A DNA stretch of 64,000 nucleotides from contig CBDDCK010000005.1 in NCBI GenBank assembly GCA_965225855.1, positions 1,152,001-1,216,000 of the forward strand, written 5' to 3'. Shown piece by piece: positions 8,725 through 19,890 of the stretch (within the stretch, counting starts at the first letter, position 1; every line of letters starts with the position of its first letter). Origin of the DNA: Spirochaetia bacterium (lineage in GTDB: Bacteria; Spirochaetota; Spirochaetia; SP-2023). The notes under the pieces are model-generated. The model worked only from the letters and a program-made list of their open reading frames with translations. It was not told where the DNA came from and ran no database searches. The position numbers were made by a program, and so were the translations under genes.

Positions 8725-9543
8725 ATGACTTACATTGAAGAATTATTTAGCTTAAAAGGCCGAACTGCTATTATCAGCGGTGGTTATGGCCATTTAGGGC
8801 GTAGCATGTGTTGGGCTTTAGCAGCAGCGGGTGCCAAAGTTTATTGTGCGGGCCCAAGCCGAGAGCATTTTAGAGAAAGCTTTCCGTTTACCATTATGGA
8901 GGCCGTTGCAAGAGAAAATCCCGATTGGGCATTGGCCGATATTCGCTATTTGCCCTTTGATTTAGCTAGTGAACAAAGCCATGCTGAAGTACTACAGCAA
9001 GTACAAAATCAATCAGGCGGCTTGGATATTTTAGTCAATAGTGCCTTTTTCTTAAGCTCGAACGCAGATAAAGCGATTGCCCGAAATTTCAGCAAAGATA
9101 TGGACGGAATACTCAATAACACCGCTATTTTTAGCGAATTGGCACAAGATATGCTGCAGCGTTCTGACCAAGCTAGGATTGTCAATATCGCTTCAATGTA
9201 CGGTATGGTAGCTCCAAAACCAGAGCTGTATTGCGAATATCCAGAGCAACGCAGTAGGGCTAGCTATGGTGCGGCAAAAGCAGCCCTAATACAGCTCACC
9301 CGTTACTGGGCTTCATTTTGGGGAACCAGTCAATTTACGGTAAATGCTATATCGCCGGGGCCGTTCCCACGCACATACAATTGTGATGAGTTGTTTTTAA
9401 AGAAACTAAGTGATGGCACTATTGCTGGGCGCATCGGTCGTCCCGAAGATCTAGTGGGGGCTTTATTGCTACTTTGCAGTAGGGCTGGTAGCTATATCAC
9501 AGGACAAAATATCATTGTTGATGGTGGTTGGACGGTTCGTTAA
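8725..9543 (+). CDS. SDR-family oxidoreductase (PtmA/gluconate-5-DH-like)
   Basis: GGYGHLG, NIASMYG, YGAAK catalytic motif, VNAISPG, ITGQNIIVDGGW. Confidence 0.88.
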   Translation: MTYIEELFSLKGRTAIISGGYGHLGRSMCWALAAAGAKVYCAGPSREHFRESFPFTIMEAVARENPDWALADIRYLPFDLASEQSHAEVLQQVQNQSGGLDILVNSAFFLSSNADKAIARNFSKDMDGILNNTAIFSELAQDMLQRSDQARIVNIASMYGMVAPKPELYCEYPEQRSRASYGAAKAALIQLTRYWASFWGTSQFTVNAISPGPFPRTYNCDELFLKKLSDGTIAGRIGRPEDLVGALLLLCSRAGSYITGQNIIVDGGWTVR

Positions 9544-9896
9544 CAGAGCAAATTCATATATTTTTATTGGCAATTACAACATAGTTTAGCACTACCCTAA
9601 TTTTTATTATTGTTACAGATTGAGGCTAGCACTATCGTTAGGTTGTATATAGTGCTAGTGTTAGGTTTGTACAAGTACTTGTGCAAGATTATCGCAATAG
9701 CTAAGTTGGGTTTGGGCTTTGGTAGTATGCGGATATTGCACTTACTGGATTCTATAGTAGATGAACTAATATACATTTTTACAATAATTTAGCATAAAAT
9801 AATTTGAAAAATAACTTGAAAAAATATTGCCCCAATCACTATAATGATGCTTAGTATCGAAAGTTAAAATTATGTTTGCTCGAATGGAGGAAGAAT

Positions 9897-10553
9897 ATGG
9901 TAAGCACAAACCCTAAGGTATTACCAATAACAGGTAAAGCCCTGCTGATAGCTCTATTGTCATTAGGCTTTTTGGCCCAAGGCTGCGCAAGTCATAGTGC
10001 AGAAGATTACTTTTACAAAGGTGTTAGTACCTATGAGGAAGGCAACTATAATTTAGCAGTAAAATACTTTAGCAAGTCGATAGCAATTGACCTGTATAAC
10101 GCTGGCAGTTTTTACAATAGAGGCTCTGTCTATGATGAATTAGGCCAATACAATAAAGCGATAGCAGACTTCAACCAAGCCATTGCACTCAAGCCAGATT
10201 ATGCTGAAGCCTTTAACAATAGAGGCTCTGTCTATGATGAATTAGGCCAATACAATAAAGCGATAGCAGACTTCAACCAAGCCATTGCACTCAAGCCGGA
10301 TTATGTTGAAGCCTTTAACAATAAAGGCATTGTCTATAAGGCATTAGGCCAATACGATAAAGCGATAGCAGACTTCAACCAAGCGATAGTGCTTGATATG
10401 GCTTATGCTGCAGCTTTTTACAATAGAGGCAATACTTATTTTGCTAAACAAGACTTTGAGCAGGCCTGTAGTGATGCAGCAGTGGCTAAGAGCTTGGGTA
10501 TTGAAGCTTTGTATGATTATCTGCTGGACGAAGGGCACTGCAAGGCCTATTGA
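9897..10553 (+). CDS. TPR-repeat lipoprotein
   Basis: GGAGG RBS before ATG 9897, lipobox AQGC, TPR units with 102-bp near-identical DNA repeats (~10114-10385). Confidence 0.85.
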   Translation: MVSTNPKVLPITGKALLIALLSLGFLAQGCASHSAEDYFYKGVSTYEEGNYNLAVKYFSKSIAIDLYNAGSFYNRGSVYDELGQYNKAIADFNQAIALKPDYAEAFNNRGSVYDELGQYNKAIADFNQAIALKPDYVEAFNNKGIVYKALGQYDKAIADFNQAIVLDMAYAAAFYNRGNTYFAKQDFEQACSDAAVAKSLGIEALYDYLLDEGHCKAY

Positions 10554-10715
10554 TAGGCTTAAATTACCGCAGCAGCGAGATCAGACAATTTAACTATTTT
10601 GTGCATTCTCTATTACACGGTTTAATTAGGCTTTTCAATATGGTATAAAACTGCTAGAATGTTGTGCTTATTAATTAGTTTTGACAACTAAATAACAAGA
10701 CAAAGGATTGAAATT

Positions 10716-12581
10716 ATGATATATCCATTGCGCAGTATTCGTAGTACCCAAGGCCGCCTTATGGCAGGTGCACGCGCCTTATGGCGTGCCAACGGTATGA
10801 AAGAAGAACAGCTTGGCAAGCCAGTAATTGGGGTGGTCAATTCATTTACCCAGTTAGTACCGGGCCATGCCCACTTGCATGATGTTGGCCAAATGGTCAA
10901 AGGCTTAATTGAACAACAAGGCTGCTTTGCTGCCGAATTTAACACTATTGCCATTGATGACGGTATTGCCATGGGCCACGATGGCATGCTGTACTCCCTG
11001 CCGTCCCGCGAGTTAATTGCCGATTCGGTAGAATATATGGCCAATGCCCATTGTTTGGACTCCCTAATTTGCATTAGCAATTGCGATAAAATCACCCCCG
11101 GAATGATGCTGGCTACAATGCGGCTCAATATCCCCACGATTTTTGTATCCGGTGGGCCAATGGAAGCCGGTAAAATCCAAGATGACCAATTAGAAGGCGG
11201 CATCAAAAAATTAGACTTGGTTGATGCAATGGTGCAAGGGGCCAACTCGGCAATCTCGGAAGAAAAACTAACCGAAGTAGAACGCTCGGCTTGCCCTACA
11301 TGTGGCTCTTGCTCTGGCATGTTTACCGCCAATTCCATGAATTGTTTGGCCGAAGCTCTGGGCATGGCCTTACCGGGCAACGGTTCGGTACTGGCTACCC
11401 ATAGCCAGCGTTTGCGCCTGTTTGAGCGCGCGGCTGCACAAATTGTTCACTTAGCCTACGATTACTACCAAAACGGCAATGACCAAGTGTTACCGCATTC
11501 CATCGCCAATTACAAAGCGTTTCACAACGCTATGGCTTGTGATATAGCCATGGGGGGCTCTACCAATACCGTACTGCATTTACTGGCTATTGCCAAAACA
11601 GCTGGTGTCGATTTTACCATGAAGGATATGGATGCCCTTTCGCGCAGGGTGCCTACTTTATGCAAGGTTGCGCCCAGCTCCCAGTATCACATGGAAGATG
11701 TGCACCGTGCTGGAGGTGTTATGGGTATTTTAGCCGAGCTGAAGCGTCTGGACTTGCTGGAAGCTGGCTGTTATCATGTACTTGGTAAACCAATTTTTGA
11801 CGTCATTGACCAATACGATATTGCTGCCCCCCCGTTAAGTGCGCAGCCCAGTGCCGAAGTATTGCAATTTTACAAAACGGCACCCGGTGGCTATAGCAAC
11901 TTTAAAATGGGTAGCCAAAGTGCTTATTATAAAGAATTAGATATAGATCGAACCAGTGGCTGTATCCGCAATGGTGCGGGAGCCTATAGTCAAGAAGGTG
12001 GCTTAGCTGTATTGTTTGGCAATATTGCTGAGCGCGGTTGCGTTGTCAAAACCGCAGGAGTTGCCAAAGAAATTTGGAAGTTTCAGGGCAATGTATGCTG
12101 CTTTGACTCACAGGATTCGGCTTGTGATGCAATCCTTACGGGGAAAATCAACAAAGGCGATGTGGTTGTCATCCGTTACGAGGGGCCTAAAGGTGGGCCA
12201 GGCATGCAAGAAATGCTCTACCCAACTTCCTATTTGAAATCAGTTGGTATTGATAAAGACTGTGCTTTGCTAACCGATGGGCGTTTTTCGGGGGGAACAT
12301 CGGGGCTATCCATTGGCCATGTCTCGCCTGAAGCTGCTGATAGGGGTGCGATTGCGTTGTTACAAGATGGCGATAAAATTGCAATTGATATTCCCAACCG
12401 CAGCATTAATGTGCTTTGCTCTAGTGAAGAGCTTGCCACTCGCCGAAAGGCTGAACAAGCAAAAGCCAATGGATTTAAACCACCACAACGCCAACGCAAA
12501 GTTTCGGAAGCCCTGCGCATGTATAGTTATTTTGCCACCAGTGCTGACCAAGGCGCACTCCGCAATGTAGTAAAAATGTAA
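10716..12581 (+). CDS. ilvD: Dihydroxy-acid dehydratase
   Basis: [46 protein letters not shown] motifs. Confidence 0.98.
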   Translation: MIYPLRSIRSTQGRLMAGARALWRANGMKEEQLGKPVIGVVNSFTQLVPGHAHLHDVGQMVKGLIEQQGCFAAEFNTIAIDDGIAMGHDGMLYSLPSRELIADSVEYMANAHCLDSLICISNCDKITPGMMLATMRLNIPTIFVSGGPMEAGKIQDDQLEGGIKKLDLVDAMVQGANSAISEEKLTEVERSACPTCGSCSGMFTANSMNCLAEALGMALPGNGSVLATHSQRLRLFERAAAQIVHLAYDYYQNGNDQVLPHSIANYKAFHNAMACDIAMGGSTNTVLHLLAIAKTAGVDFTMKDMDALSRRVPTLCKVAPSSQYHMEDVHRAGGVMGILAELKRLDLLEAGCYHVLGKPIFDVIDQYDIAAPPLSAQPSAEVLQFYKTAPGGYSNFKMGSQSAYYKELDIDRTSGCIRNGAGAYSQEGGLAVLFGNIAERGCVVKTAGVAKEIWKFQGNVCCFDSQDSACDAILTGKINKGDVVVIRYEGPKGGPGMQEMLYPTSYLKSVGIDKDCALLTDGRFSGGTSGLSIGHVSPEAADRGAIALLQDGDKIAIDIPNRSINVLCSSEELATRRKAEQAKANGFKPPQRQRKVSEALRMYSYFATSADQGALRNVVKM

Positions 12582-12615
12582 AGGGTATAATAGTGATCAA
12601 AGTCGTTTTTTATGC

Positions 12616-13455
12616 TTGTCTCAACAAGAGCATTTTACAAAATCATATTCCCAAAATAATGATGGTATTTTTGGCAACGTAAAATTTATTGATCCTAGCA
12701 CTGTCGATTTGATGAACCCTAATAATGGTATCGACTATATTGTAACCGACTGCGAATATGCACTTTCTGATTTTTCGGTTTTTCACCAAAGAGAAAAATT
12801 ATGGTTGCTTATTGGGGAACCATACCAATACCCAGTAAAACTATATTTTCACAATCGTGATGAATTTGGCAAAGTGATTTGATGCCTTGGCGATGCTATT
12901 CCTAATGGTGATTTTATGCCAATTAAAAATCGATCGTGGATGGACAATCAAATTTCTTTTAAAGTTTTACAGGAAATGCCATATCCAGAAAAAACACAAT
13001 CATTGTCATGGGTTACCAGTAGGAAAATATATTATAAGGGGCATGTTCAACGTTTACATCTAATTTATAAATTGCAAAAAGCTGGTATTTGTAATATGTA
13101 TGGTAACGGTTTTGAATTTGTTGAGAGTAAGATTAGTTGTTTAAAACCATACAAATATAGTATTGCTATGGAAAACACAATTGATCGGAATTATATTTCA
13201 GAAAAAATTATGGATTGTTATTTAGCGTATGCCATGCCATTTTATATCGGGTCGTCAGAGATTACTAAATACTTTCCAGAAAAATCTATGGTACCATTAA
13301 ATTTAGGTGATAAATTTTTGGTTGATAAAATCAAGGAAGTCAGTGAAAGTGATTTGTATAAAGAACGCCTCCCATACATTGAAGAAGCAAAGCAAATAGT
13401 GTTGGGTGATATTGAACATATTTTCTATACTGGCAAAGAAGATAGAGGCGCATAA
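12616..13455 (+). pseudogene. Glycosyltransferase family 10 (fucosyltransferase-like), split by one in-frame TGA
   Basis: ORFs 12616-12882 and 12916-13455 share a frame, separated only by TGA 12880-12882. YKYSIAMEN..YISEKIMD..PFYIG is the GT10 motif. Confidence 0.7.
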
Positions 13456-13722
13456 TTCACTCTTTTTCCCCCCGAAAGTTAAGCAAACCTAAATTGCATA
13501 TTGAGGTAAAGAGGTAAAAGGGAAGAATAGTTCTCGTTTAAAGAGGATATTATATCATTGGTATCAAATATATTATGGCTTTTTGTTAAGGTAAGTAGAA
13601 ATACAAATTTTCGGAAGCCCTGCACATGTACTTTATAAGAAAAATACAATGACAGCCAAATTTTAGTTCTGGCAGGCCTAGCCATTGTGATAATGAAATT
13701 AGGCCAACAAGCGAAAGCACAT

Positions 13723-14949
13723 TTAAAATTTGAACAAACCGAGCTGTAATTTTTGCTGAAGAATACGCCGCAAAGAATGGTCAATGCGTTCTTTAGTTAT
13801 TTCACCTTGTTGCACTGCTGCTAGCACGCCTTCGATTGCCTGTACCGGTTTTGGGGGTATTAAAATCATGTCTCCACCCGCTTGTAAAAATTTTATGGCA
13901 GCCTCTGCTGAATCCCAGCGGTTTTTTATGGCTCGCATATCAAAAGAATCCGAAATCACGATGCCATTAAAACCTAAACCCTTCCTTAGCATATTTTTAA
14001 TGACTACTGTGTTCAAAGAAGCTGGAATATTATCCTTGGTAATTTGGGGTAGCTGAAAATGGCCGAGCATCACAAAATTAGCCCCAGCTTGCAAACCGTA
14101 ATCAAACGGTTTGGCATGGCCTTGGGATTTCCAGCTGGCCATATCTCCATAGTATATAGAAAACCCGCTGTGAGGGTCGCCCAAAGTATAGCCGTGGCCG
14201 GGAAAATGTTTGAGCACCGCAGCCACTTTTTGTTCTTGCATGCCTTCAACAAAAGCTTTGACCATGGCAGCGGCTTCTGTAGGTTCTGCACTAAAAGCTC
14301 TACTGGCAATGGGCCCATAATCAAATTTTTTTGTTGTCCTCCCTTTTGTTTTGCGTTTGGCAGGGGTAGGGAACAAATCGGCAACGGGCGCCATATTGAC
14401 TTGGAAGCCCAATTGAAAAAGTATCTTGCCAATTTTTTGGCCACTTTTGCGTGCTTGCTTTATAGCCTCTGCTGTATTTGCCGAACGCTGCGATAAGCTC
14501 AAAGCAGCAGGCAAGCCAGCATAATCCAGACCGGGCAATTTTTTCAACCGGCTGATGCTCCCACCTTCTTCATCAATTGCCAAAAACGGCACATTTTTTG
14601 CAGGATATTGTGAAAAGCCATTTTTTATATCTGTGAGCAATTTTTGTAGTTGTGCCGCATTTCGTAAATTACTACCAAATAAAATAATACCGCCTACAGG
14701 ATATTTTTTGAAAAATAGTTTTAAGTCTTGATTCCAGTAGATTACAGGCCGGCCCTTGTGTTTCCGAATATCCATAAATATCAACTGGGCAACTTTTTCT
14801 TGCAAGCTCATATCGCCGAGCATTTGCTCAATATACTGTTCAATGGTTTCTCCCGTCTGGAATGCAGGAAGTACCGGCATTGCCACTGGAAATAAAAATA
14901 CTATTAACAAAGCCAAAAAATAAGCCAATAATATGCATAATTTGTTCAC
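13723..14949 (-). CDS. nagZ: GH3 beta-N-acetylhexosaminidase
   Basis: AIDEEGGSISRL, NMAPVADL, KHFPGHG..DPH, ISDSFDM motifs, N-terminal hydrophobic anchor. Confidence 0.88.
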   Translation of the reverse strand: MNKLCILLAYFLALLIVFLFPVAMPVLPAFQTGETIEQYIEQMLGDMSLQEKVAQLIFMDIRKHKGRPVIYWNQDLKLFFKKYPVGGIILFGSNLRNAAQLQKLLTDIKNGFSQYPAKNVPFLAIDEEGGSISRLKKLPGLDYAGLPAALSLSQRSANTAEAIKQARKSGQKIGKILFQLGFQVNMAPVADLFPTPAKRKTKGRTTKKFDYGPIASRAFSAEPTEAAAMVKAFVEGMQEQKVAAVLKHFPGHGYTLGDPHSGFSIYYGDMASWKSQGHAKPFDYGLQAGANFVMLGHFQLPQITKDNIPASLNTVVIKNMLRKGLGFNGIVISDSFDMRAIKNRWDSAEAAIKFLQAGGDMILIPPKPVQAIEGVLAAVQQGEITKERIDHSLRRILQQKLQLGLFKF

Positions 14950-14970
14950 AAAATTATCCTAAATTTCATT

Positions 14971-16266
14971 CTATGTTTGAGTTTTTAAACTTTGAGTATA
15001 CTCATACCATGGTCGTGCTAAGTTTTGTTCTAACAGAAAATAATTGGTATTCATGATTGTTGTATCCCGCCTGAATTGGCGTTGACTGGGGGAGAATTGC
15101 AAATTACCACAAAAATTTTGTTGAGCATCTTCTTGTGGCGACTGAAGCTGCCAACAAAGCTCATCACCTGTAAGTACATATATAGGCCTATTAATTTCCA
15201 AAGCGACTTGCACTGCATGCATGCTACCGCTGCTTAAATCACTTTGAATTAAAAGCAACCTACGAGCTAAAGCTGCTTGCAAACGGTCTCGCTGGATAAA
15301 CCGCCACTTTAATGGAGCTGCGGGTGGAACATATTCGGATACTAAAGCCCCGCCTTCTGCAATAATTTTCTGTGCAAGATGTTTGTGCTGTTTGGGATAA
15401 ATTCTATCAAACCCGCCAGGTAGTACGGCCAAGGTTTGGCCACCCGCTTCTAAAGCGCCTCTGTGAGCAGCAAAATCACAGCCCCTAGCAAGGCCGCTAA
15501 TAATCCAATGGGCTTGCTTACTTGGCAGTAACTCCTTAATTTTTGCTCCTTGCATTTCTACGCATTGCTTTTGCAATAACAAAGCTTCTTGCCAAGCTTG
15601 CTGCAGTCCCCAACTATCGGCCCGGCGACTACCAATAATTGTTGTAGCCTCAACACCCGTTTCGGCACCAGTTTTAGAAAGCAATTGCCCCTGCCAAAAC
15701 AACAAACGTGGTGGCTGGCGCAAATCCAACAGAGTATTGGGGTATTCGCTTTGATATTGTAAAATAATGCGCAATTCGCCACGTAATTCACGCTCTAAAG
15801 TAATTTTAGCATTGCGGTAGCAAGAATCAAAATAACTATATTTGACATAGCTACTCAAACCAAAATCTTTGAGCAATTGCCAACAACTCTCTAGGCTGTA
15901 TTGCGCTTGAGCCGCACAGCTCTCGAGCCATTGCCACCGCCATTCTTCTCTGTTGTTTATCACAGGTTCAGAAAAATTTTGGCAAGCGCGTGTTTCTTGC
16001 CAAAATTTTTCTAAGGGTTCCAATTCAGTTTCTTTTGCTCGTTCTTTTTGATTGGATTTACGTGATGAATTGGTAATTTTATATTTTTTGGGCAACAAAA
16101 TATCTGCTAAAGCCTGTTGCAATTTTCGGGGCATTTGGTGGAGCAAAACTTCTAAAAATTTGCTGCTGGTTGAATATGGATATGATGGCTGTTCAGCTCT
16201 ACTTATGGCAGATACAAATAAATCCACACGGCTTCCTCTTAAAAAATAATTTAGTAAAAATACCAA
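14971..16266 (-). CDS. dprA: DNA-processing protein DprA (true start may be slightly downstream)
   Basis: IIGSRRA, IISGLARGCDFAAHRGAL, LVSEY, FIQRDRLQAAL motifs. Confidence 0.88.
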   Translation of the reverse strand: MVFLLNYFLRGSRVDLFVSAISRAEQPSYPYSTSSKFLEVLLHQMPRKLQQALADILLPKKYKITNSSRKSNQKERAKETELEPLEKFWQETRACQNFSEPVINNREEWRWQWLESCAAQAQYSLESCWQLLKDFGLSSYVKYSYFDSCYRNAKITLERELRGELRIILQYQSEYPNTLLDLRQPPRLLFWQGQLLSKTGAETGVEATTIIGSRRADSWGLQQAWQEALLLQKQCVEMQGAKIKELLPSKQAHWIISGLARGCDFAAHRGALEAGGQTLAVLPGGFDRIYPKQHKHLAQKIIAEGGALVSEYVPPAAPLKWRFIQRDRLQAALARRLLLIQSDLSSGSMHAVQVALEINRPIYVLTGDELCWQLQSPQEDAQQNFCGNLQFSPSQRQFRRDTTIMNTNYFLLEQNLARPWYEYTQSLKTQT

Positions 16267-17186
16267 AAAGTGAAGCTAGAAAGCAAAAACAAATAAATAG
16301 AAAAAATGTGAAAATTGCCTTTGGCAAGCAAAAACAGTAATAGGCGCAAAGCAATAAAACCACTGACACAAGCAGCAATAAATGCGAATAAAATACTATT
16401 CATAGCCAAAGCATTACTATTGGCAATCACTACTAATTCTTTGGCATCTAGCAGCAGGGCCCCGACAATAATGGGAATGGAAATAATAAAAGAAAATTCA
16501 CCGGCTTCATGGCTTTTGAACCCTAGTAACAAAGCTATGCTAATGGTCATTCCTGAACGGGAAACCCCTGGCGATGAGGCAATCCCTTGGGCTATACCTA
16601 AGCAAATCGCTAAGCTAATTGCTTTTTGCCAAGAAATGTTTTGTAAATAATCTGTATCTGCGTTGAGCTGCTTTATTGGCATAGACAGGCTATTTTTTGA
16701 TAACAGGTGCTGGATTTGTAGCAATACCCCAGTAAATAAAAATCCACTGGCAATAAGCAGTGGTTGGAATTTTAAATTTAAGTTTTTTTGTGGGTAAGCG
16801 ATGGCAAAAGTAAAAGCGGTTACCAATAATACCAAAGCTATGTAGCGCAAATTCGATCCAACCGGAGTATCCCAATCGACTAATTTTCTTTTAGTCTGTT
16901 GCGGCCGGTTTAAAATTTGATTTAAAATATGGTTTATGAGATAAGATAATAAATACAATACGCTATACACTAAAGAGCCAATTTTCTGGCGGAAAAGCCA
17001 AATTGTGGGAATCAAAGTAGCTAAATGTAAAAAAATATCCACACTAACGGGCATATACAAGCCAAAAGCCAATTCAGCAATAGCCAAATGGCCAGAACTA
17101 GAAACGGGTAAATATTCGGTAAAGCCTTGCAAAGCACCCAGTAGCAAAGCTTGCCACCAGTTCATAAAATTAGCTGTTGTATTCAT
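16251..17186 (-). CDS. uppP: Undecaprenyl-diphosphate phosphatase
   Basis: QGFTEYLPVSSSGHL and PGVSRSGMTI motifs. Confidence 0.95.
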   Translation of the reverse strand: MNTTANFMNWWQALLLGALQGFTEYLPVSSSGHLAIAELAFGLYMPVSVDIFLHLATLIPTIWLFRQKIGSLVYSVLYLLSYLINHILNQILNRPQQTKRKLVDWDTPVGSNLRYIALVLLVTAFTFAIAYPQKNLNLKFQPLLIASGFLFTGVLLQIQHLLSKNSLSMPIKQLNADTDYLQNISWQKAISLAICLGIAQGIASSPGVSRSGMTISIALLLGFKSHEAGEFSFIISIPIIVGALLLDAKELVVIANSNALAMNSILFAFIAACVSGFIALRLLLFLLAKGNFHIFSIYLFLLSSFTFWYFY

Positions 17187-19518
17187 TTATCGTAATAATT
17201 CTGAGCTGTTTTTTTGTTTTAGTCAAATTTTTTGTCAGTTGTGGCGGGAAAGAATCGGGATAAATGGTATTGAGAACAGTAATGGCATCATTCCAGCCGT
17301 ATAAAACAGAATAGTAAATAGCTGCTGCACTAATTTTTTGGACATACAAGCGCGTTTCCAACACGGGTATACTGTTATTAAAATTTAAACCATTTAATGA
17401 GCCCAAGCGAGCTTTCCACTTACGAATATTGCCCAAACCTGCATTATAGGCCATGAGAGCTTGGGCAAAATTTTTGGTCCAGCGGTGGTCAATAAGGTAG
17501 CGCAAATAGTAAGAACCAATTTTTAAATTGGTTCTCGGGTCTTTGGCATCGGGGTTGCGGTAGCCAATTTTTTGAGCCACTTCATTCATGGTTGCCGGCA
17601 TTAACTGGCTCAAACCTACAGCTCCAGCATGCGAAACTACTGTTGGAGCAAAATAACTTTCTTGGCGCACTAAACCATAGAATATAGACCGGGGCAGATT
17701 ATATTTCTGGGTAAAATTGCTCATCAATTCCCAAAATGCTTTGGGGTAAAATAATTCCAAAGCCTCACGAGACATATTGTAATTGTCATCGTAGGTTAAT
17801 TGGGCTGCCATGCGCATACTCAGATCATAGACCCCTTGAAGTTGTATCTTGCGGGAAAAATCGACAATACTACTGGCAGCCAATTCTTTGTGGTACAGGC
17901 GGGTTAAGCGCAATGCTTCATTGTTAAAACCATTTTCCACCAGCATGCTTAGCAACGCATGTAGCTCTTCTTGTAAAGGGGATAAAGGTTTTTGAGGTTC
18001 ACTCTTACTAAGTTCGGGCAGCAAAGGCTCTCCGTGATCGGCCCGCAATACAAATAAACGAACATCAGAAAGCACTCTTTTACGAATGGAAGCGGGAATT
18101 TTTTGCCATTCATTGTGGCTCAAAGGTTTGCCTTTGGCTAGGCGGTAGTTCCAAGCACTTTCTAAGATCAAATCTTCATGGCCCCATTGCAGTGCCTCTT
18201 CAAATATTTGTTCTAGCAAAGCAGTTTTTTTCCGCAAAAACATACTGCGGTAAATTTGACGAAATAGGCGAATATTACTGTTGTTCAAGTTTACTTTGGG
18301 TTGTTCGCTATACCAAGAGCGCAGAAAATCAGGGAAGTCCGCCCAATGGTCGGCATTTTTGAAAAAATACAAATATTCTGTTAGCAACCAAGGGCGCAGA
18401 GAATTATCATTGATAAACTGGCTACGGTATTTTTCCATGTTGGAAAAATTGCGTTTATTGCGGATAGACCAATATACCAAATGGTTGTGGGCTTTTGGAG
18501 TAAAATTTAACGAAGTTTGGCCATCAAGCAAGCTTTGTAAACGCTGACGTCCATTTTTGACGTTGGTTGCCTGTGAACGGTAGTTGTTGGCTATAAAAAT
18601 GGCTCGACCAGTATCTTCTATCAAGATATGCTGGCTCCACCAAAAACGCAGATCATCGCTTAAGATTTCTTTGCCATTGAGCTGTTTGCCATTGGCAAAT
18701 AATACGGGCAGAGTTGCCGAAAATTGTTCTTGTAGCAATGCCACTTTCCAAGCCAAACTTTGCAATAAAAATGGCCCATCTTGACTAGAATCTAGTAATG
18801 TTTTCCACTCTGGACGAATATTTAAATCTTCTTGTAGTTTTTTGTGCTGGGCAGTGGTGGCAAAATTTAGTACAACCTTGCGCATATAATCATTGGCTTT
18901 CGCACGCTCGCGTCCTAACAAAGCCAATTTCAAGCCCAATATCGAGTGTTCCAAATTTAATTCACCGTTTTTATTGTTATTCAAAAATTGAACCCAATAA
19001 TTTTCAGACTGTTCAATCAAACCTTTTTGCAAAGCCAAAATAGCTGAACGGACTAACTGCGCATTATCTTGATTTTTTTCTGGTTGTTCTGCTAAATACT
19101 TTCCTAAAGTATCCAAGTGCTCATCAACACTAAAAATTTTATGGGCCTCCATGTATTTCAAGGCAATTTTTTTGCCATAGTCACTGCCAGAATAAGCTTG
19201 CACCATCATAGCCCGGCGGTATAACTGCCATTCTTTTTCTTCTGCAAAAATCAAAGCGATGGTGTATAAGCTGTCTTCACCCAGTAGCAGGGCTTCTTGC
19301 ATTGCCTGTTCTGTATTGTTTTCATTCAAATAATTTATAATTTCATTTAGATTTCGCTGCTGCAAATATTGCTGAATTTGTTGCACTTCCATACCCCAAA
19401 CCAATTTGGGCTGTACTGCTGTTGTATTGCAAGAATGCAGCCAGAGAGTTAGAAAAAAACCTACTAACAAAAAAGATCGAAGCTTTATACAATGCATAAT
19501 AAAGTAATTCAAACGCAC
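17170..19518 (-). CDS. Lytic transglycosylase (SLT domain) lipoprotein
   Basis: C-terminal RQESYF..SHAGAVGLSQLMPAT..AYNAG..ETRLYV, N-terminal lipobox LHSC. Confidence 0.9.
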   Translation of the reverse strand: MRLNYFIMHCIKLRSFLLVGFFLTLWLHSCNTTAVQPKLVWGMEVQQIQQYLQQRNLNEIINYLNENNTEQAMQEALLLGEDSLYTIALIFAEEKEWQLYRRAMMVQAYSGSDYGKKIALKYMEAHKIFSVDEHLDTLGKYLAEQPEKNQDNAQLVRSAILALQKGLIEQSENYWVQFLNNNKNGELNLEHSILGLKLALLGRERAKANDYMRKVVLNFATTAQHKKLQEDLNIRPEWKTLLDSSQDGPFLLQSLAWKVALLQEQFSATLPVLFANGKQLNGKEILSDDLRFWWSQHILIEDTGRAIFIANNYRSQATNVKNGRQRLQSLLDGQTSLNFTPKAHNHLVYWSIRNKRNFSNMEKYRSQFINDNSLRPWLLTEYLYFFKNADHWADFPDFLRSWYSEQPKVNLNNSNIRLFRQIYRSMFLRKKTALLEQIFEEALQWGHEDLILESAWNYRLAKGKPLSHNEWQKIPASIRKRVLSDVRLFVLRADHGEPLLPELSKSEPQKPLSPLQEELHALLSMLVENGFNNEALRLTRLYHKELAASSIVDFSRKIQLQGVYDLSMRMAAQLTYDDNYNMSREALELFYPKAFWELMSNFTQKYNLPRSIFYGLVRQESYFAPTVVSHAGAVGLSQLMPATMNEVAQKIGYRNPDAKDPRTNLKIGSYYLRYLIDHRWTKNFAQALMAYNAGLGNIRKWKARLGSLNGLNFNNSIPVLETRLYVQKISAAAIYYSVLYGWNDAITVLNTIYPDSFPPQLTKNLTKTKKQLRIITINEYNS

Positions 19519-19676
19519 AGAAACATCCTTTCCATAAAATACCTATTTTTTGTAGCTTAAGATTATAAACAAGGAATTTTACAAAAAAGTGGTATTTTTA
19601 CAAGCGATTTATAGCAACAACAAATCTTGGCGTATTTTAATACTCAAATTTTTAGCCTAATTTTTTAGCCTACTGC

Positions 19677-19705
19677 TTGACACTTTACCAGCATTTTTTT
19701 ATCGT
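19677..19705 (+). promoter_or_regulatory. sigma70 promoter of tRNA gene
   Basis: TTGACA-17 bp-TATCGT ending 16 nt upstream of the tRNA. Confidence 0.7.
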
Positions 19706-19720
19706 ATTAAGTAGTTGCAA

Positions 19721-19793
<73 letters not shown>

Positions 19794-19796
19794 TTC

Positions 19797-19836
19797 AAAA
19801 AAATTAATAGGCATGCGCATGCCTATTAATTTTTTT
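19797..19836. terminator. Bidirectional rho-independent terminator (perfect 40-bp palindrome)
   Basis: aaaaaaattaataggcatgc|gcatgcctattaattttttt. Confidence 0.85.
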
Positions 19837-19890
19837 TATTGTAGCCGTTTTGCGCTATAACATTTTTTATGTTAGGAAAAACTCCATTTT

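Noticed and set aside
10688..11380. 230-aa antisense ORF in ilvD, and similar ORFs within hppA, nagZ and the lipoprotein genes
   Set aside because: They lie wholly or almost wholly opposite well-supported genes and look like codon-bias shadow ORFs.
626..12882. TGA recoding (Trp/Gly/Sec), suggested by two genes broken by in-frame TGA
   Set aside because: TGA ends conserved genes at their expected C-termini (yicC 45269, metA 48438) and Trp is encoded by TGG. Nonsense mutation is the simpler explanation.
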